Assembly (NCBI GenBank): GCA_964016885.1
Contig: OZ024742.1
Coordinates: 218,116,001 to 218,180,000 of the forward strand
Length of the DNA stretch: 64,000 nucleotides
Origin: Eledone cirrhosa
Taxonomy: Eukaryota
Reading direction: 5' to 3'
The notes under the pieces are model-generated. The model did not search any database. It was not told the origin of the DNA and saw nothing but the letters and a program-made list of their open reading frames with translations. Below are positions 10,020-22,473 of the stretch, one piece after another; positions within the stretch are counted from its first letter, which is position 1, and each line of letters begins with the position of its first letter. The translations under genes were made by a program, and so were the position numbers.

Positions 10020-11615
10020 TCCCACTTTACCCTGAAGGATCACAAATCCAATTTCCCGAACAACCCCTCTATTCGGCTTATTAACGCTACGAAGTCCGGT
10101 TTAGGTAGACTTAGTAAAAGGATTTTAGATAGAATTATACCTGAAATTAGAAGTTTGGCCCCTCTTGCACTGTGGAACAATTCTTTTGCGGTGATTGATT
10201 GGTTCAACGGCATATGCAACAAGGAACATTGCCGTTTTATCCAATTCGACATCAATAATTACTACTCCTCTATCACTTCTTCTTAGAGCTATCAATTTCG
10301 CTAAAACACTCACAGTGGTTAAGGATTTCGAAGTTGATGTCATCCTCAATGCCCGTAAGTCGGTGATTAATTTCGCCGACTCTATTTGGATTAAAAAATC
10401 TAATAGTACCCCATTCAACGTGAGTATGGGCGCCAGCGATTCTGCGGAGATTACTGATCTTATCGGCCTTTTCCTTCTTTTCCTTATCAAGGATGAATTC
10501 CCTAACGTGGGCGGTGGTTTGTACCGTGATGACGGTCTGTTGACCATGACAAAGTGCGGCCCATGTGCTTCCGACAGGTTCAGAAAAGAACTCACAGCCT
10601 TCTTTAAAGGCTTCAACCTCTCCATACAGGTTGAGGCCAACCTCTCGGTCGTTAATTACCTCGACGTTACCTTTAATTTGTCGAATGGCTTGCACTACCC
10701 GTATAGAAAGCCGAATGATACGCTTAATTACATAAGTAAGCATTCTAATCATCCTGCCAGCATAACCAGGAACCTGGAAAGAGACGTTTCTTTGAGGCTT
10801 TCCCGTCTATCCTCAAACGAGCATATTTTCAACGACCATTCCACATATTTCAATGAAGTTCTTTCTCGGAGTGGATTTGTCGATAAGGTAGCATATACAG
10901 AGTACGAGAATAGACCTAGGAATAATAGATCACGGCACATTATATGGTATAACCCACCATATAATATGGAGGTGGCCACACCATTAGCTAAGATCTTTCT
11001 CTCCCTTATTATGAAGCATTTCCCCCCAGCACATAAATATAGTAAAATTTTTAATAGAAATACCATTAAATTTCTTACTCTACGACTCCTAACCTTGCAC
11101 ATAACATCACAGCTTCAAATTTAGCTAAATTACCTAGCCGTGGGAACACGTGAAACCCTGTAGCTAGTACTAACTGTAATTGTAGGAATCGGGTTGACTG
11201 CCCCCTATCCGGGAAATGCCTCTCTAGTAACATTGTCTACAAATGTAAGGTTGAAACACCCACGTCCCGTAGGGACTACATAGGGTTAACCGCCAATAGA
11301 TTCAAGCAGCATCTTTACATGCATACCCATTCTTTTTTTAACCCTTTAAGAAGGAATATGACGTCACTTTCAGCTTATATCTGTAGTCTAAAAAACAACC
11401 ACACCCAATATAAGTTACACTGGGAGATCCTAGCTAGGGCTAAATCGTATAACAGAAATAAAAGACCATGTGACCTCTGCGCCGCTGAGGCCCTGGAAAT
11501 ACTCTACGCCAAAGACCACATCTTAAACAAAAAATCTGAGGCAATTTCGGCTTGTAAACATAAATTGCACAAAACTTTCCTGTATTACAGCCCCACGTTA
11601 TACCCTAACGGATAG
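10020..11615 (+). pseudogene. PLE reverse transcriptase + C-terminal GIY-YIG endonuclease (two frameshifts, one in-frame TGA)
   Basis: TLKDHKSNFPNNPSIRLIN..FIQFDINNYYSSI / FNVSMGASDSAE..GLYRDDGL..VNYLDVTFNL..PYRKPND..YISKHSNHP..IIWYNPPY / CNCRNRVDCPLSGKCL..IVYKC..YIGLT..FKQHLYMH..CDLC..E..LNKKSEAISACKH. Confidence 0.92.
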
Positions 11616-12474
11616 TACGAACTATACGCGGATATTTTACGTCTCGATGTGGTAGCTAAGTATATGTTATGTTTATACCATTACTTATTTGTATAGGTAA
11701 GTATTTATTACCTTATGTTTTGTGTTGGTACGTATACTTTCTCGTACGTATATTTGCTTGTATATGTTATGGCTTATATATTATATATACTGGTACATGT
11801 GCATTTGGTTATGTGTATACGTGAGTTTTGCGTCTGCGTGACTATGCGGGTTCGTACGTATGTAGGGTGTATGTATATGTGTACTTTGTGTTTTGGTTGA
11901 AGTACGTCTGCGAACATATGTGTATTTACATGTAGGTATGTCTGCGCGCGCGTTATATACATATTTATATGTGTATATTTATATACGTTTATTTAATTAT
12001 TTGTATACACGCACACATACACACACACATATATATATATTTGTTTTTTTTAATATATATTTTATGTGTATTTGTGCGGGTACCTGCGTTGCGTGGGTTC
12101 TGTATGTGCGTGTGTGTTTTTTTGTGTACGTGCTTGTATTTGCATACCCATGGCGAGTGTTTTCGCGTATGCTTGTGTATGTATATATTTATTTCAATTA
12201 CCTCTGTATTTTATTTCTTTATTCTTAACTCTGAAGCCGAGAATCATTCGGTTTCCTAAATAGAATTTTACTCTACGACTTCAGTTATACCATTAACGTG
12301 GTTTTGTCTTTGCGTGTAATTCTTCTCACGCTCCAAATAATGACGTATTATCTTCGTTTTTTTTCGTTCTTTGCCAGGGAACGTTTCCACGAACCAAAGT
12401 ATCGTCTTCCTGTCTTCCTTCGGTTGCAACGTTTTTTGAAATATTTACTTCTGCGTTCACAGATAGACTTTTTT

Positions 12475-12525
12475 AGTTTCAGAAGATCCCGTTAAGGGTG
12501 AAAGCAGCGATTCTTTGCTTAAACT
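12475..12525 (+). ncRNA. Type I hammerhead ribozyme in the PLE 3' pLTR (U4>A)
   Basis: agttt CAGAAGA t ccc gttaa ggg t GAAA gca gcgattctt tgc TT aaact. Stem I agttt/aaact; predicted cleavage between 12520 and 12521. Confidence 0.75.
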
Positions 12526-12625
12526 TTAATCTGTTATTTTAATAAATAAACAGAAATAACAACACAATCGGTACAGTATATGGAAGGGATATATTAGGTT
12601 AATGCTTGATATAGCAGGAAGAGGG

Positions 12626-12661
12626 TCTTAACGTTTCAGACGCTAGTCCTTCATCAGAAGA
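12626..12661 (-). ncRNA. Minimal type I hammerhead ribozyme
   Basis: tctt CTGATGA a ggac tagc gtct GAAA cg TT aaga. Palindromic ACGT stem III, typical of PLE minimal HHRs. Confidence 0.8.
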
Positions 12662-12921
12662 AAGAATGAGAAATAAAATAGATTGAGGGGACGTGCGGGA
12701 TGGAATTGGAAAAAATGTCTTTAGATAAAAATAACAGATCCATTCATTTTGACATCTCTTGCAAAACTGTTGGTGCTGGTATTTTGTGTATGATTTGTTT
12801 TTTAGAAAAGTGGATGATGGCGCGCGTCTACCTGAAATGGGAAAAAACCGTTTTGTAAAAAGAGCTATACTTGAGCACGTGCGTAAGAATGTGTTTTTGT
12901 GTGTGTGTGTGTATATATATA

Positions 12922-14731
12922 TCTATATATATAAAACTGAGGATGTGTGTCTGTGTGTGTGTGAGTTTGAATCCCTAAAACTCGAGCAGCACCCAACCGA
13001 CTGTTTTCAAACTTTGCACATGTAATATTTATGTTTCAGGGTGTGTTCTGAGCAAAATTAATTTCAAATTTTCAATGCCCTAGGGACCGCATTAGGTGAT
13101 TTAGCGATCTCTCTATAATTCTTACTCTTTCTCTTTTTAGATAGATACATACATATAACGTCGCGCTCTTATAATATCTCTGTGTCTGGCTGTCTGCATT
13201 ACGTCACTTCCAACAATTCCCTCTACGTCCAGAACGCGTCCTTATAATATCTGTCTGTATGTCTGGCTGTCTGCTGCCTCCGGTTATTCTTCCACCCTTG
13301 CTCAAGACAAATCTCACACTCATTCCCCAAACGGTTGTTAAGTGTACACAACTTCTTCCTCACGTTTTAAGCCACAGTGTTGCTTACTTACATACCACTA
13401 GACCCTTACTTCTTTGCCAGCCGTGGTTGTGGCAATACTAAGCTTAGCTAAGGCGGTTATGAAAGCCGATAACTATGTATTAGTCAGTCTCTTCTTCATA
13501 CCGTGAGCAAAGAAAACCCAACTTTTAGTGGAGCGAGTGAAATAAAGTCGATACTGCTTCCGCTTTGCACTCGGCGCGCCAATGTATGGCTGTTAAACGG
13601 ACCGCGAACGCATTCTGTTTCATTCTAAAGGCTACCAGTGGAAGCAACCGTAACACCTTCCTTCAAATGTCAGAGAACGCAGTCAAAGTCACTATTAAGG
13701 GCTACAAGTGAACGCTCACATGGCTCTTTTTAGGGCCACCACTTGAAATTGTTGATGGTTACCCCTCCTTACTGGGGTGTCAGTGAACGGCTTACACGGC
13801 CCTTTTAAGGGCCCTTGAAATAGCTGATGGCGACCCTTTCGCTTAGGGCTGCCAGTGAACACGCACACGCCTCGGAGCCCATTTTATTGCACCATTCCTC
13901 TGTAAATTTGTTAAATTATACCCACAGTTTGGTAAACGTTTGTCCAGTTGCGTTTACTTACTAAGGTGCGGTGGACTCCAATTGCACGTCATGCCTTGCT
14001 CAAGCATTGCAGACTTCCCTCTGACATAAGTGGTGACATCTGTCCTGCTGATTCATGCCACTTTATTAAAGTACAAAAGCACCAAGCCGATGTTCTCCAC
14101 GTGGAAGGAGAAGCATACCAAATACTAATTGCATCAGAGTATTCGGTTTATTTTTTTTACATATTGTCCAGGCATGCAGTTTTCCCACGATTAGGTTTGT
14201 TTGCGGCCCGCGTTATGTTTCAGGGAGTGTTATGCACATAAACAATTCAACTTTTTGATCCCCTAGGGCCCGCATTAGGTGAAAAAATGCGTTTTTTCAG
14301 GTTTTTAGGGGTTTTTTGAGGCGTTACGTCAAACCAATTTCCTTGAAATTGTAACTATGTATTAGTCAGTCTCTTCTTCATACCGTGAGCAAAGAAAATC
14401 CAACTTTTTTATGGCCTAGGGCCCGCATTAGGTGAAAAACTTCATTTTTTCAGCTTTTTAGGGCTATTTTGAGGCGTTACGTCTAGCCGATTTTCCCGAA
14501 ATTTCAAGGTATATTATGTACATAAGAAAAATTCATTTTCTTGATCCCCAGGTGAAAACCTGCATTTTTCCTGCTTCATTGAAGAAAATCTTAAAAATTA
14601 TCCAGCCATCAGAGTATTCGGTTTATTTTCTTTACATATTGTCCAGGCATGCAGTTTTTCCACGATTAGGTCTGTCAGGAGCCCGTGTTCCAAAATACCT
14701 TATCCCGTGCAACGCCGGGTACCACTGCTAG
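12922..14731 (+). mobile_element. Non-autonomous Helitron
   Basis: A|TCTATATATATAAAA 5' end; 3' hairpin cccg-tgcaacgc-cggg then CTAG|T; no TSD; internal duplications. Confidence 0.9.
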
Positions 14732-16381
14732 TATATTATAAAACGCACACTCGTGTTGAAAGTTTGTGTATGGAAAACACGCCCTCTCGGAATCAGCGTC
14801 AGCAAGTTGAATTTTTCAAAACAAAAGTATAAAATTTGATAATAAAGTTTACATTTTTCATGAAATTACTTTAATCCGATGTTTGAATTTTTGGTTTAAT
14901 ATAATTTGTTTAAGCCTATGGAAGAATTTTCAGCACCGGCAGTTATGGTATCGTTCTATACATTATAAAAATAAATGACTATGCATTAATGCAACAAATA
15001 ACCTGTGACCTAACTGTGGGAAATAAATACAGTCTGATACTAGTCTTTGATAAAAAGAAAATGAAATAATGTTTAAATAGAAGGTTTCGTCTGCAACAGT
15101 AATCACCGACGTGGGGCGCACGCTCCATAGGTGAGCAATTTGAATATTCAAGGGGGCAATTTGAAAATGATGTCAATGAGAACAAATTTCAGGCTTTACC
15201 TTATTACTTTTGCACCAAGACAACTTTGGTACACATTAGACATCTGTCTCATTTCCTCCAAAAAAGGTATTATGTAGGTGGCACCACCTATATGACAATT
15301 TGTTTACACTTTGCAGAGGATCATCACTGTTTTTACATCAAAGGGGAGCGTGATAACAATTTTTGAGATGTTGATGAGGGACTTGGTGCACAAAATATTA
15401 GGAACCACAGGTCTACAACATCTGATATATGTTGTAATCAAGTAGTAGAGAGAAATTATGCCGGGAAGAATATTTTTGCCACCCACTTGTAATTAAATCT
15501 TAATCACAAACATTCCAAGTTTATAAAATACTTTATCAGCACTAGATGTTTACATTATTCCTATATTAATTCTTGGAAAGAATATTTTACATTTGAAATC
15601 TTTTGTGGTTTTTACATCTAAATCTGTTAAATTTTCCATTTAATATATGCTTTTTAATATTTTGTTTTAATCAATTATTATCAACATTAAATCTTTAACA
15701 CTATTTATATGTTATATAACATTGCTTTGCTAAATTACCAAAGATTTCTTATATATGTTCAAAACAATTTAAAATACATTTTTAATGTTTTTTTTTTTTA
15801 CTTCTAAATCTGTAATATATATTTTCGTTTTAACAGGCGTTTAGATTTTTTAAAATTTACTATTTTCAGTGAAAATGTTTTTAAAAAGTGACAAAAGGAA
15901 GCTATGACAAAATACTATTGTGTTATTTTCTTACTATTCACTATAACAATTCGAAATATTTCAGTTACAACTTTTCATTTTCCCCCGATACCCTATCGAT
16001 TTCAGTATTTATTTCAGTTGGGTACGTATTTCATAGATATGCATGTCTAAATATAAATATATTCAGATACCTCCATCACATTCATACTACACATTATCAC
16101 CAATCCCAGTCAACACCACTATAACATGCAGATCTATAATCTTTGTTGCTTCAAACAGAAATTCCAAGACATTTTCCAAAAGAAATAAAGTGATTACTGG
16201 ATAGATTTTATTCCGAAACTCCGTAATGTCTGTCTGTATGCAAGCATGTATGTATGTATGTATGTATGTATGTATGTATGTATGTATGTATGTATGTATG
16301 TATGTATGTATGTATGTATGTATGAACGTACGTACATATGTATGTGTGTATATATGTATGTATGAACGTACGTGCGTATGT

Positions 16382-17741
16382 ATGTTCTTCTGGTTTTATA
16401 ATTTCACAAATTGTTTACCAATAGAGAGAGAGAGTCGGTTTCTAACATAGACACAAGCCTCTTTCATTGGAATTTACACAACGTCAACTAGGTAGATTAT
16501 GTCTGCATGTCTGCATGTGTAGATATGGATGTTATTGTATGTGTGGATGTGTATGTTTTGAGTTGTATGCGTGCATGTGTATATGCGTTGTATCTGTACA
16601 TGTGTATATGCAGTTATTAGATGCAACATTTTTGGAATGTTTTACATATTTTTACTGTTCCATTAATGGATTGTACTTATAATTCCCTAACTAGTTGTGT
16701 TCTTTCTGTTCCTGTGAAGCCTAGCTTCTCAAGATTTGTATTGAGGCAGTTACTTACATACCCTAGTGTCACAATAATCACAGGCATAAATCTGAAGGTG
16801 TAATCAGGGTGAAGAATCTGCAGATTTCTCATCAGTTCTGCATAAATATTCTCCTTTTCGCTAATCTTTGATATTATATTGGCATCTGCTGGGCAGCTAA
16901 TTTCCACTACTGTGCATGCTTTCTTCTCCCTGTCCCATATCATAATATCTGGTCTGTTATGCCTGCATTTTATTGGGGTTTTGACTGGAACATTCCACCA
17001 GTACTCTTTCATATTATGTACATGGATGTCTTCCACATTGCTGTAGCTTTTAATGTGTTTATTATCGGGGCTATCTTTCTTACGAACTGCATAGTACAGT
17101 GTTTTGGCCACTACATCATGCCTCATAGGTAGATAGCACCGCGATGATATCTTTGGACAGCTGCTGATGACATGGGTTATATCCTCGATGTTAGTTCTGC
17201 AGAGTCTGCACTTGTTATCACATCTAAGTGTTTTGCCTGCATCCCTATCTCTTTTGTGAATCAGGTATTTCGTGTTAATCTCCTGTTCTTGGATTGCAAA
17301 AGCGTATCCTTCAAAGTGGGAGCCAATATAGCGGTTGTTGGTCCAAGATAGACTACTTTCCTTATCTATATTACTCTCACTCTGGAGCTTCCTGGCAACA
17401 TATCCATGCATGATTTTTTGCTGATAAGCATGCATTTTTTCATTCATGGATTCACTGCGATACTGTTGAGCGACTTCTCTTGGTGTGAGTTTTTGATTAT
17501 CACACAGGAAATATCTCTCGAGGAGTTCCTTCCCAACTCTCATGATCTTATCTGTTTCATGCAGATAGATTTGCTCAAGAAACGGGCTCCTACGCTTCGA
17601 GGTTCGTAGATGTTGTCGGAGAGATATGATGCGATATTCAAATGTTGTCTGGACTGATGTTAGGCCTCTGCCTCCCTGCTTACGTTTCAAGTAAAGGCGG
17701 TCTATGTTACTGTTGATGTGGAAGTTTCCGTTGTTGTTTAG
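16382..17741 (-). mobile_element. R4/Dong-clade LINE 3' fragment (RT tail, CCHC knuckle, REL endonuclease, 3'UTR) in (CATA)n
   Basis: DRLYLKRKQGGRGL, CRLC..EDITHVISSC, RHDVVAK, HNRPDIMIWD..VVEISCP..K..K..Y. A premature TAA at 16677 is followed by VQSINGTVKICKTF; both sides are (TATG)n. Confidence 0.9.
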
Positions 17742-17790
17742 TATGTATGTATGTGTGTATGTTTGTATGTATGAATGTATGTATGTATAT

Positions 17791-18380
17791 GTCGGGTCAC
17801 ACCAGAGTGCTACTGGTAACATGTAACCCAGTACAACCTGTCACATGATCGGGTCGTCGAGGGTGAGGAGGGTGATTCTGGACACCCTGCAGCACAAAAA
17901 CAAAACCTTACAAAGCGCTGAAGAACTCATGAGTCAACGGCCATCCAAAAATATGTAAATATGTATATACACATGTACATATGTATGTATATGTATATAT
18001 GTATATGCATGTGTGCATGTGTATGTATATGCGCGGGAACATAGAAATAGTTGGGCTGGATACCCGACCGCGCGGTTAAACCACTGGGAGTGAAGGACCC
18101 CTAGTCTTTGTCAGGGCATTCTCCTAGAAGAAGGCAACTCAGGAAACTGGGATAACTCCGACATAAAACCTGCGGCCCAGTAGTTACCGATGATGTTGAT
18201 CTTTTCTTCTTTTCGGATTATAGCTACTGTCGCCCAGAGAGTGGGATTGGCTCAGTGCACAGTCTTTCCTCACTTTAAAAAAATATTCACGCACAGGTAT
18301 TGTACAATAGAATTAATTGATAATTATTAATAATGGTATATCGTGCAATAGTCATACTCGATAACGAGGGGGCAGCCATC
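17791..18380 (+). mobile_element. RTE-derived non-autonomous element pieces with (ATGT)n tail
   Basis: 17791-17951 is homologous to 21707-21900; 18032-18380 to 21900-22100; ends actcgataacgagggggcagccatc(atgt)n. Confidence 0.75.
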
Positions 18381-18399
18381 ATGTATGTATGTATACTTT

Positions 18400-18610
18400 T
18401 GGGGTAAATGCATTCAATGGGATTTTCCCCGTGCAAAGCCTTTCCTCGCTTAAAAGAGCTTCAAGCACAGGCACCGCTTGATATGTGACATTTTTTGCGA
18501 TCTAAGGCCATAGGCAAGTCCCTAGTAGGACTAAAAAGCCACGTCCGAGATGCTCATGCTTACGTATCAAGCGATGGCATTACTCGAAATCGAGTTGTGG
18601 CCATTATCAT
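18400..18610 (+). mobile_element. Diverged RTE-derived 3' fragment
   Basis: ..GLKSHVRDAH.. followed by the actcg-aaat-cgagt hairpin and an atgt tail. Confidence 0.65.
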
Positions 18611-18624
18611 GTATGTATTATATT

Positions 18625-19030
18625 TAAGACAATCTTAAAGCTCTGAATATTGATAGGAGAACTGAGAGACATTAGGTGAAGGCCGTACATCATAGAGAAT
18701 GATCATTAAGTATGGATGTGATGTCTTGGGAAATAAAAAGCGAGTGGAGCATGCTGCTTTGAAGTGTTTGCTTCGTAAACGGGACCCAAGTGCAGCGCCT
18801 GCAAAAGTCCAGCAAGAGGTACAATGAGGTACAATGTATGTGGACTATTTATACTATCAAGAGTTGGATTTGTCAACCATCTAATATCACACGAGCTAGA
18901 TAGAAACCTACCCAATTGTGAGATGGTTCTACTGCAACGCCCTCCGCGGTATATTTGCAAGGAGTGTGGCTTAATTTGCAGCCCAGCTTGTAGACTGACC
19001 AGACATGGTACAATGCATAAAGACATAACC
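18625..19030 (+). pseudogene. RTE LINE C-terminal C2H2 zinc-finger remnant
   Basis: NVCGLFILSRVGFVNHLISH and CKECGLICSPACRLTRHGTMH; upstream LKALNID. Confidence 0.6.
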
Positions 19031-19087
19031 CAGCCGGTAATGCCAGGGAAATTAAAGGTGGCGTGAAATTATGTAGGAATTTGAAGG

Positions 19088-19350
19088 TGTGTGGCTTATA
19101 TTTAGGGTGTTCAGCTCACGATCGAATGATTGTGAGTTCGATTCTCGGCGGGGCATTTTGTGTCTTTGACCAACACATTTTATTTCATGTTTTTTTTTTA
19201 GTTTACACACTAAGCAGAAATGAGTTGCGCCCGAATTTCCTTGCGAACTACGTTAAGGATGCATCTGCCTGTGAAATTCTCAGCCATTTACACATTAATT
19301 TCACTAGCAGGTTGTTCTAATAAAACAACTGGCACACAGATCGTTGGAAC
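19088..19350 (+). mobile_element. tRNA-derived SINE family B (older); relatives at 23465-23645(-), 26178-26295(+), 31645-32125(+), 52670-52955(+), 60670-60830(-)
   Basis: tggcttagtggttag..gagttcgattc head, tgtgtccttgagcaagacactt-like core, and cacattaatttca..caggttgttc 3' part. Confidence 0.65.
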
Positions 19351-19857
19351 CGACGGAGGTCCAACAAGAATGTGAAAAACAAGACATAGTTTGAGTGGGA
19401 CAGGGCGTGTGAATCGTCAAACCAAACAGCACGAGGAAGTTGAATTCCGACGGCGACAGAATATAGAACTCTGATCGGAAGAATATGATATTAAAAATGT
19501 GGCACTAGAAAATATGCTGAAGACAAGAACAAAGAAATAGTTTACATTTTGACTGGAACCATCTGTTCCTGTTCTATAGCCAGTCTGGTGATGTCTGTAC
19601 TTATTCATGAAATAAATAAAAATAATAAGTTAATAAATAAAATAAAGAATAACAGAAACAGAAAGAAATACTCTCATTATACGGCCAGATTTCGAGATTA
19701 AATATTTTTAATTTTTGCTGCAGTATCATTCCTTGCCAACTTTTTGGATTCCAGCCTGTTTATTATTATTATTATTATATATATCGTCCTTTTATTATAT
19801 ATATATATACACTTTATATAAATATAAATATACACTTTATATATGTATAAATACACT

Positions 19858-19893
<36 letters not shown>

Positions 19894-19995
19894 GTATTTG
19901 TGTATTTTCTTCTTAATTATATTCAATATTATACATAGATATGTGTGTGTGTGTGTGTGTGCGTGTAAATATCTCTTCCCCCCCTCTCTCTGTAT

Positions 19996-20062
<67 letters not shown>

Positions 20063-20408
20063 CGTGCGTGTGCGTCTGTGTGTGTGTGTATGTATATATA
20101 TGCGTACATGCAAGTGTATGTGTGTGCATGTATGTGTGTGTTTGTGTATAGTGTACGCATGTATATATTACGTACAACCTATACTGTGAGACGTTCCCAT
20201 CATCAGTTTTCCACTGCTGATCTCAACTATTTCAGAACATACCGACAGTGTAGCGCCCTCGAGAGATATAGAGAAAATTGGTGTTACTTGTATTACAGAG
20301 CAGAAAAACAATGATGAATGTATGTATGTATGTATGTATGTATGTATGTATGTATGTATGTATGTATGTATGTATGTATGTATGTATGTATGTGTGTATG
20401 TATGTATG

Positions 20409-20816
20409 TCTCTTTCTCTTAATTTCGAGTATATTTTTTTGACCGGCCACCTTCCTGGTGGCAAGGTTGTAAAAGAAAAGAAATTGTCATCCCTTGAATC
20501 GCAAGAATGTTTTGCAAATTTTGAAGGTGCCAGCTATCGCAGCCATTTGTAGACTATGAATTAGGGAGCTGCGCTTTTTGTCCACAAATCCAAGTTCAGT
20601 CATACTTTGGTCCAAGCGGGTTGGTATATAACCCGTAGCTCCAATAATGATGGGTATGAAGCTGAAGGTGTATCTTTGGATACTGGATTTGTAAACTCCT
20701 CATCAACGGTCCGTAGATGTCCTCCTTCTCCTGTATTTTTCTGACAACGTTTACATCAAGTGGGCAGCTGATCTCCACAACAGAACACGTTTTCAATGTG
20801 TGGTCCCAAACAACAA
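20409..20816 (-). mobile_element. Second R4/Dong 3' fragment in (CATA)n
   Basis: VVWDHTLKTCSVVEISCPLDVNVVRKIQEKEDIYGPLMRSL..PIIIGATGY..GTFKICKTFLRF; 3' end runs into (CATA)n at 20318-20408. Confidence 0.85.
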
Positions 20817-21578
20817 TATATGTGTGTATGTGTGTATGTATGCATGTATGGACGTATGTATGCATGTATGTATATGTGTATATGTACGTATGCCTTATGT
20901 ATGTATGTGTGTAAGTATGTATGTATTTATGGCTGTATTTAAACAAGTTTCTCAGTAATAGAGATCTGGAGATCTGTCTGCACTTGTTGTAACATGGTAC
21001 CATGGGCCCAGCACTGTGTCAATAATTGTCACAAGTGTAGTGTTTGTACCAGAGTTTTCAAGTCGCTGGCTGGACTAAAAAGTCACACTCGTTCAGCGCA
21101 TCGGTAGGGGTTCTCCTACATGGATATAAAGTAGTGGCCGTACTCGAAAACGAGTTGGCAGCCACCATGTATGTATGTATGTGTGTATGTGTGTATGTGT
21201 GTATGTATGTATGTGTGTATGTATGTATGTGTGTATGTGTGTGTATGTACGATTGTATATATGTATGTATGTAAGGACGTATGTATGCATGTATGTATAT
21301 GTGTGTATGTACGTATGCCTGTGTGTAAGTATGTATGTATGTATGTATTTATGGCTGTATTTAAACAAGTTTCTCAGTAATAGAGATCTGCACCTGTCGT
21401 CACATGGTACCATGGGCCCAGCACTATGTGTCAATAATTGTCACAGGTGTAGTGTTTGTACTAGAGTTTTCAAGTCGCTGGCTGGACTAAAAAGTCACAC
21501 TCGTTCAGAGTATCGGTAGGGGTTCTCCTACATGGATATAAAGTAGTGGCCGTACTCGAAAACGAGTTGGCAGCCACC
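20817..21578 (+). repeat. Tandem, permuted duplication of the ~400-bp segment 22115-22513
   Basis: The unit (RTE 3' end + mutated (TATG)n + Dong terminus) recurs with junctions ..ctcagtaatagag|atct.. Confidence 0.8.
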
Positions 21579-21706
21579 ATGTATGTATGTATGTATGTGT
21601 GTATGTGTGTATGTGTGTATGTGTGTATGTATGTGTGTGTGTATGTATATCTGTATGTGTGTGTGTATGTATGTGTGTATGTGTGTGTATGTATGTATGT
21701 TTATTT

Positions 21707-22314
21707 GTCAGGTCACCAGTTGGTGCTACTGGTAACATGTATCCCAGTACAACCTGTCTCATGGTCGGGTCGTTGGCGACTAAACTGGCAAGCCCACCAA
21801 GGTTTCTTGGCGAGGAAGGTGACTTTGAACATCCTGCAGGACTAAAAACAAAACCTGTCAAAGGGCAAAGGAGCTCTTAAGAGTCAATGGCCATCCAAAA
21901 TCACCGGGAGAGATGACCCCTTAGCCTTTGTCAAGGCAGAATTCTAGGAGAAGGAAAACTCTGATATAACACCTGCAACCCTGATGATATCCAATGATGT
22001 TGACTTGTTCTTCTTTTTGGTAAATATTATCTTGGTTAAGAGAGTGGGACTGGCTTTGTGCACTGCCTTTGCTCACTATAAAAGCTTCACGGCACAGGCA
22101 TTGCTTTATATCTGGAGATCTCTCTGCACTTGTCGTCACATGGTACCATGGGCCCAACACTATGTGTCAATAATTGTCACATGTGTAGTGTTTGTACCAG
22201 AGTTTTCAAGTCGCTGGCTGGACTAAAAAGTCACACTCGTTCAGCGCATCGGTAGGGGTTCTCCTACATGGATATAAAGCAGTGGCCGTACTCGAAAACG
22301 AGTTGGCAGCCACC
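21707..22314 (+). mobile_element. Internally deleted RTE-derived non-autonomous retroposon
   Basis: 3' end encodes [25 protein letters not shown], then an actcg-aaaa-cgagt hairpin and (ATGT)n tail; near-identical copy at 51273-51816(-). Confidence 0.8.
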
Positions 22315-22473
22315 ATGTATGTATGTATGTGTGTATGTGTGTATGTGTGTATGTGTGTGTATCTATGATTGTATATATGTATGTATATATGTATGGACGT
22401 ATGTATGCATGTATGTATATGTGTGTATGTACGTATGCCTGTATGTGTGTATATGTGTAAGTATGTATGTACA

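Larger units (their letters stand above)
9991..12547 (+). mobile_element. Penelope-like element, 5'-truncated, with 27-bp inverted 5' copy of its 3' end
   Basis: 9991-10017 is the exact reverse complement of 12521-12547; starts at (TA)n; RT and GIY-YIG coding region, then a long TG-rich 3' region with an HHR. Confidence 0.92.

Noticed and set aside
14745-15850. Possible Tc1-like element
   Set aside because: Only one TIR-like string; no matching end or convincing transposase motif found.
20180-20215. Minus-strand CTGATGA-tggga-acg-tctca hammerhead half
   Set aside because: No GAAA or stem III follows.
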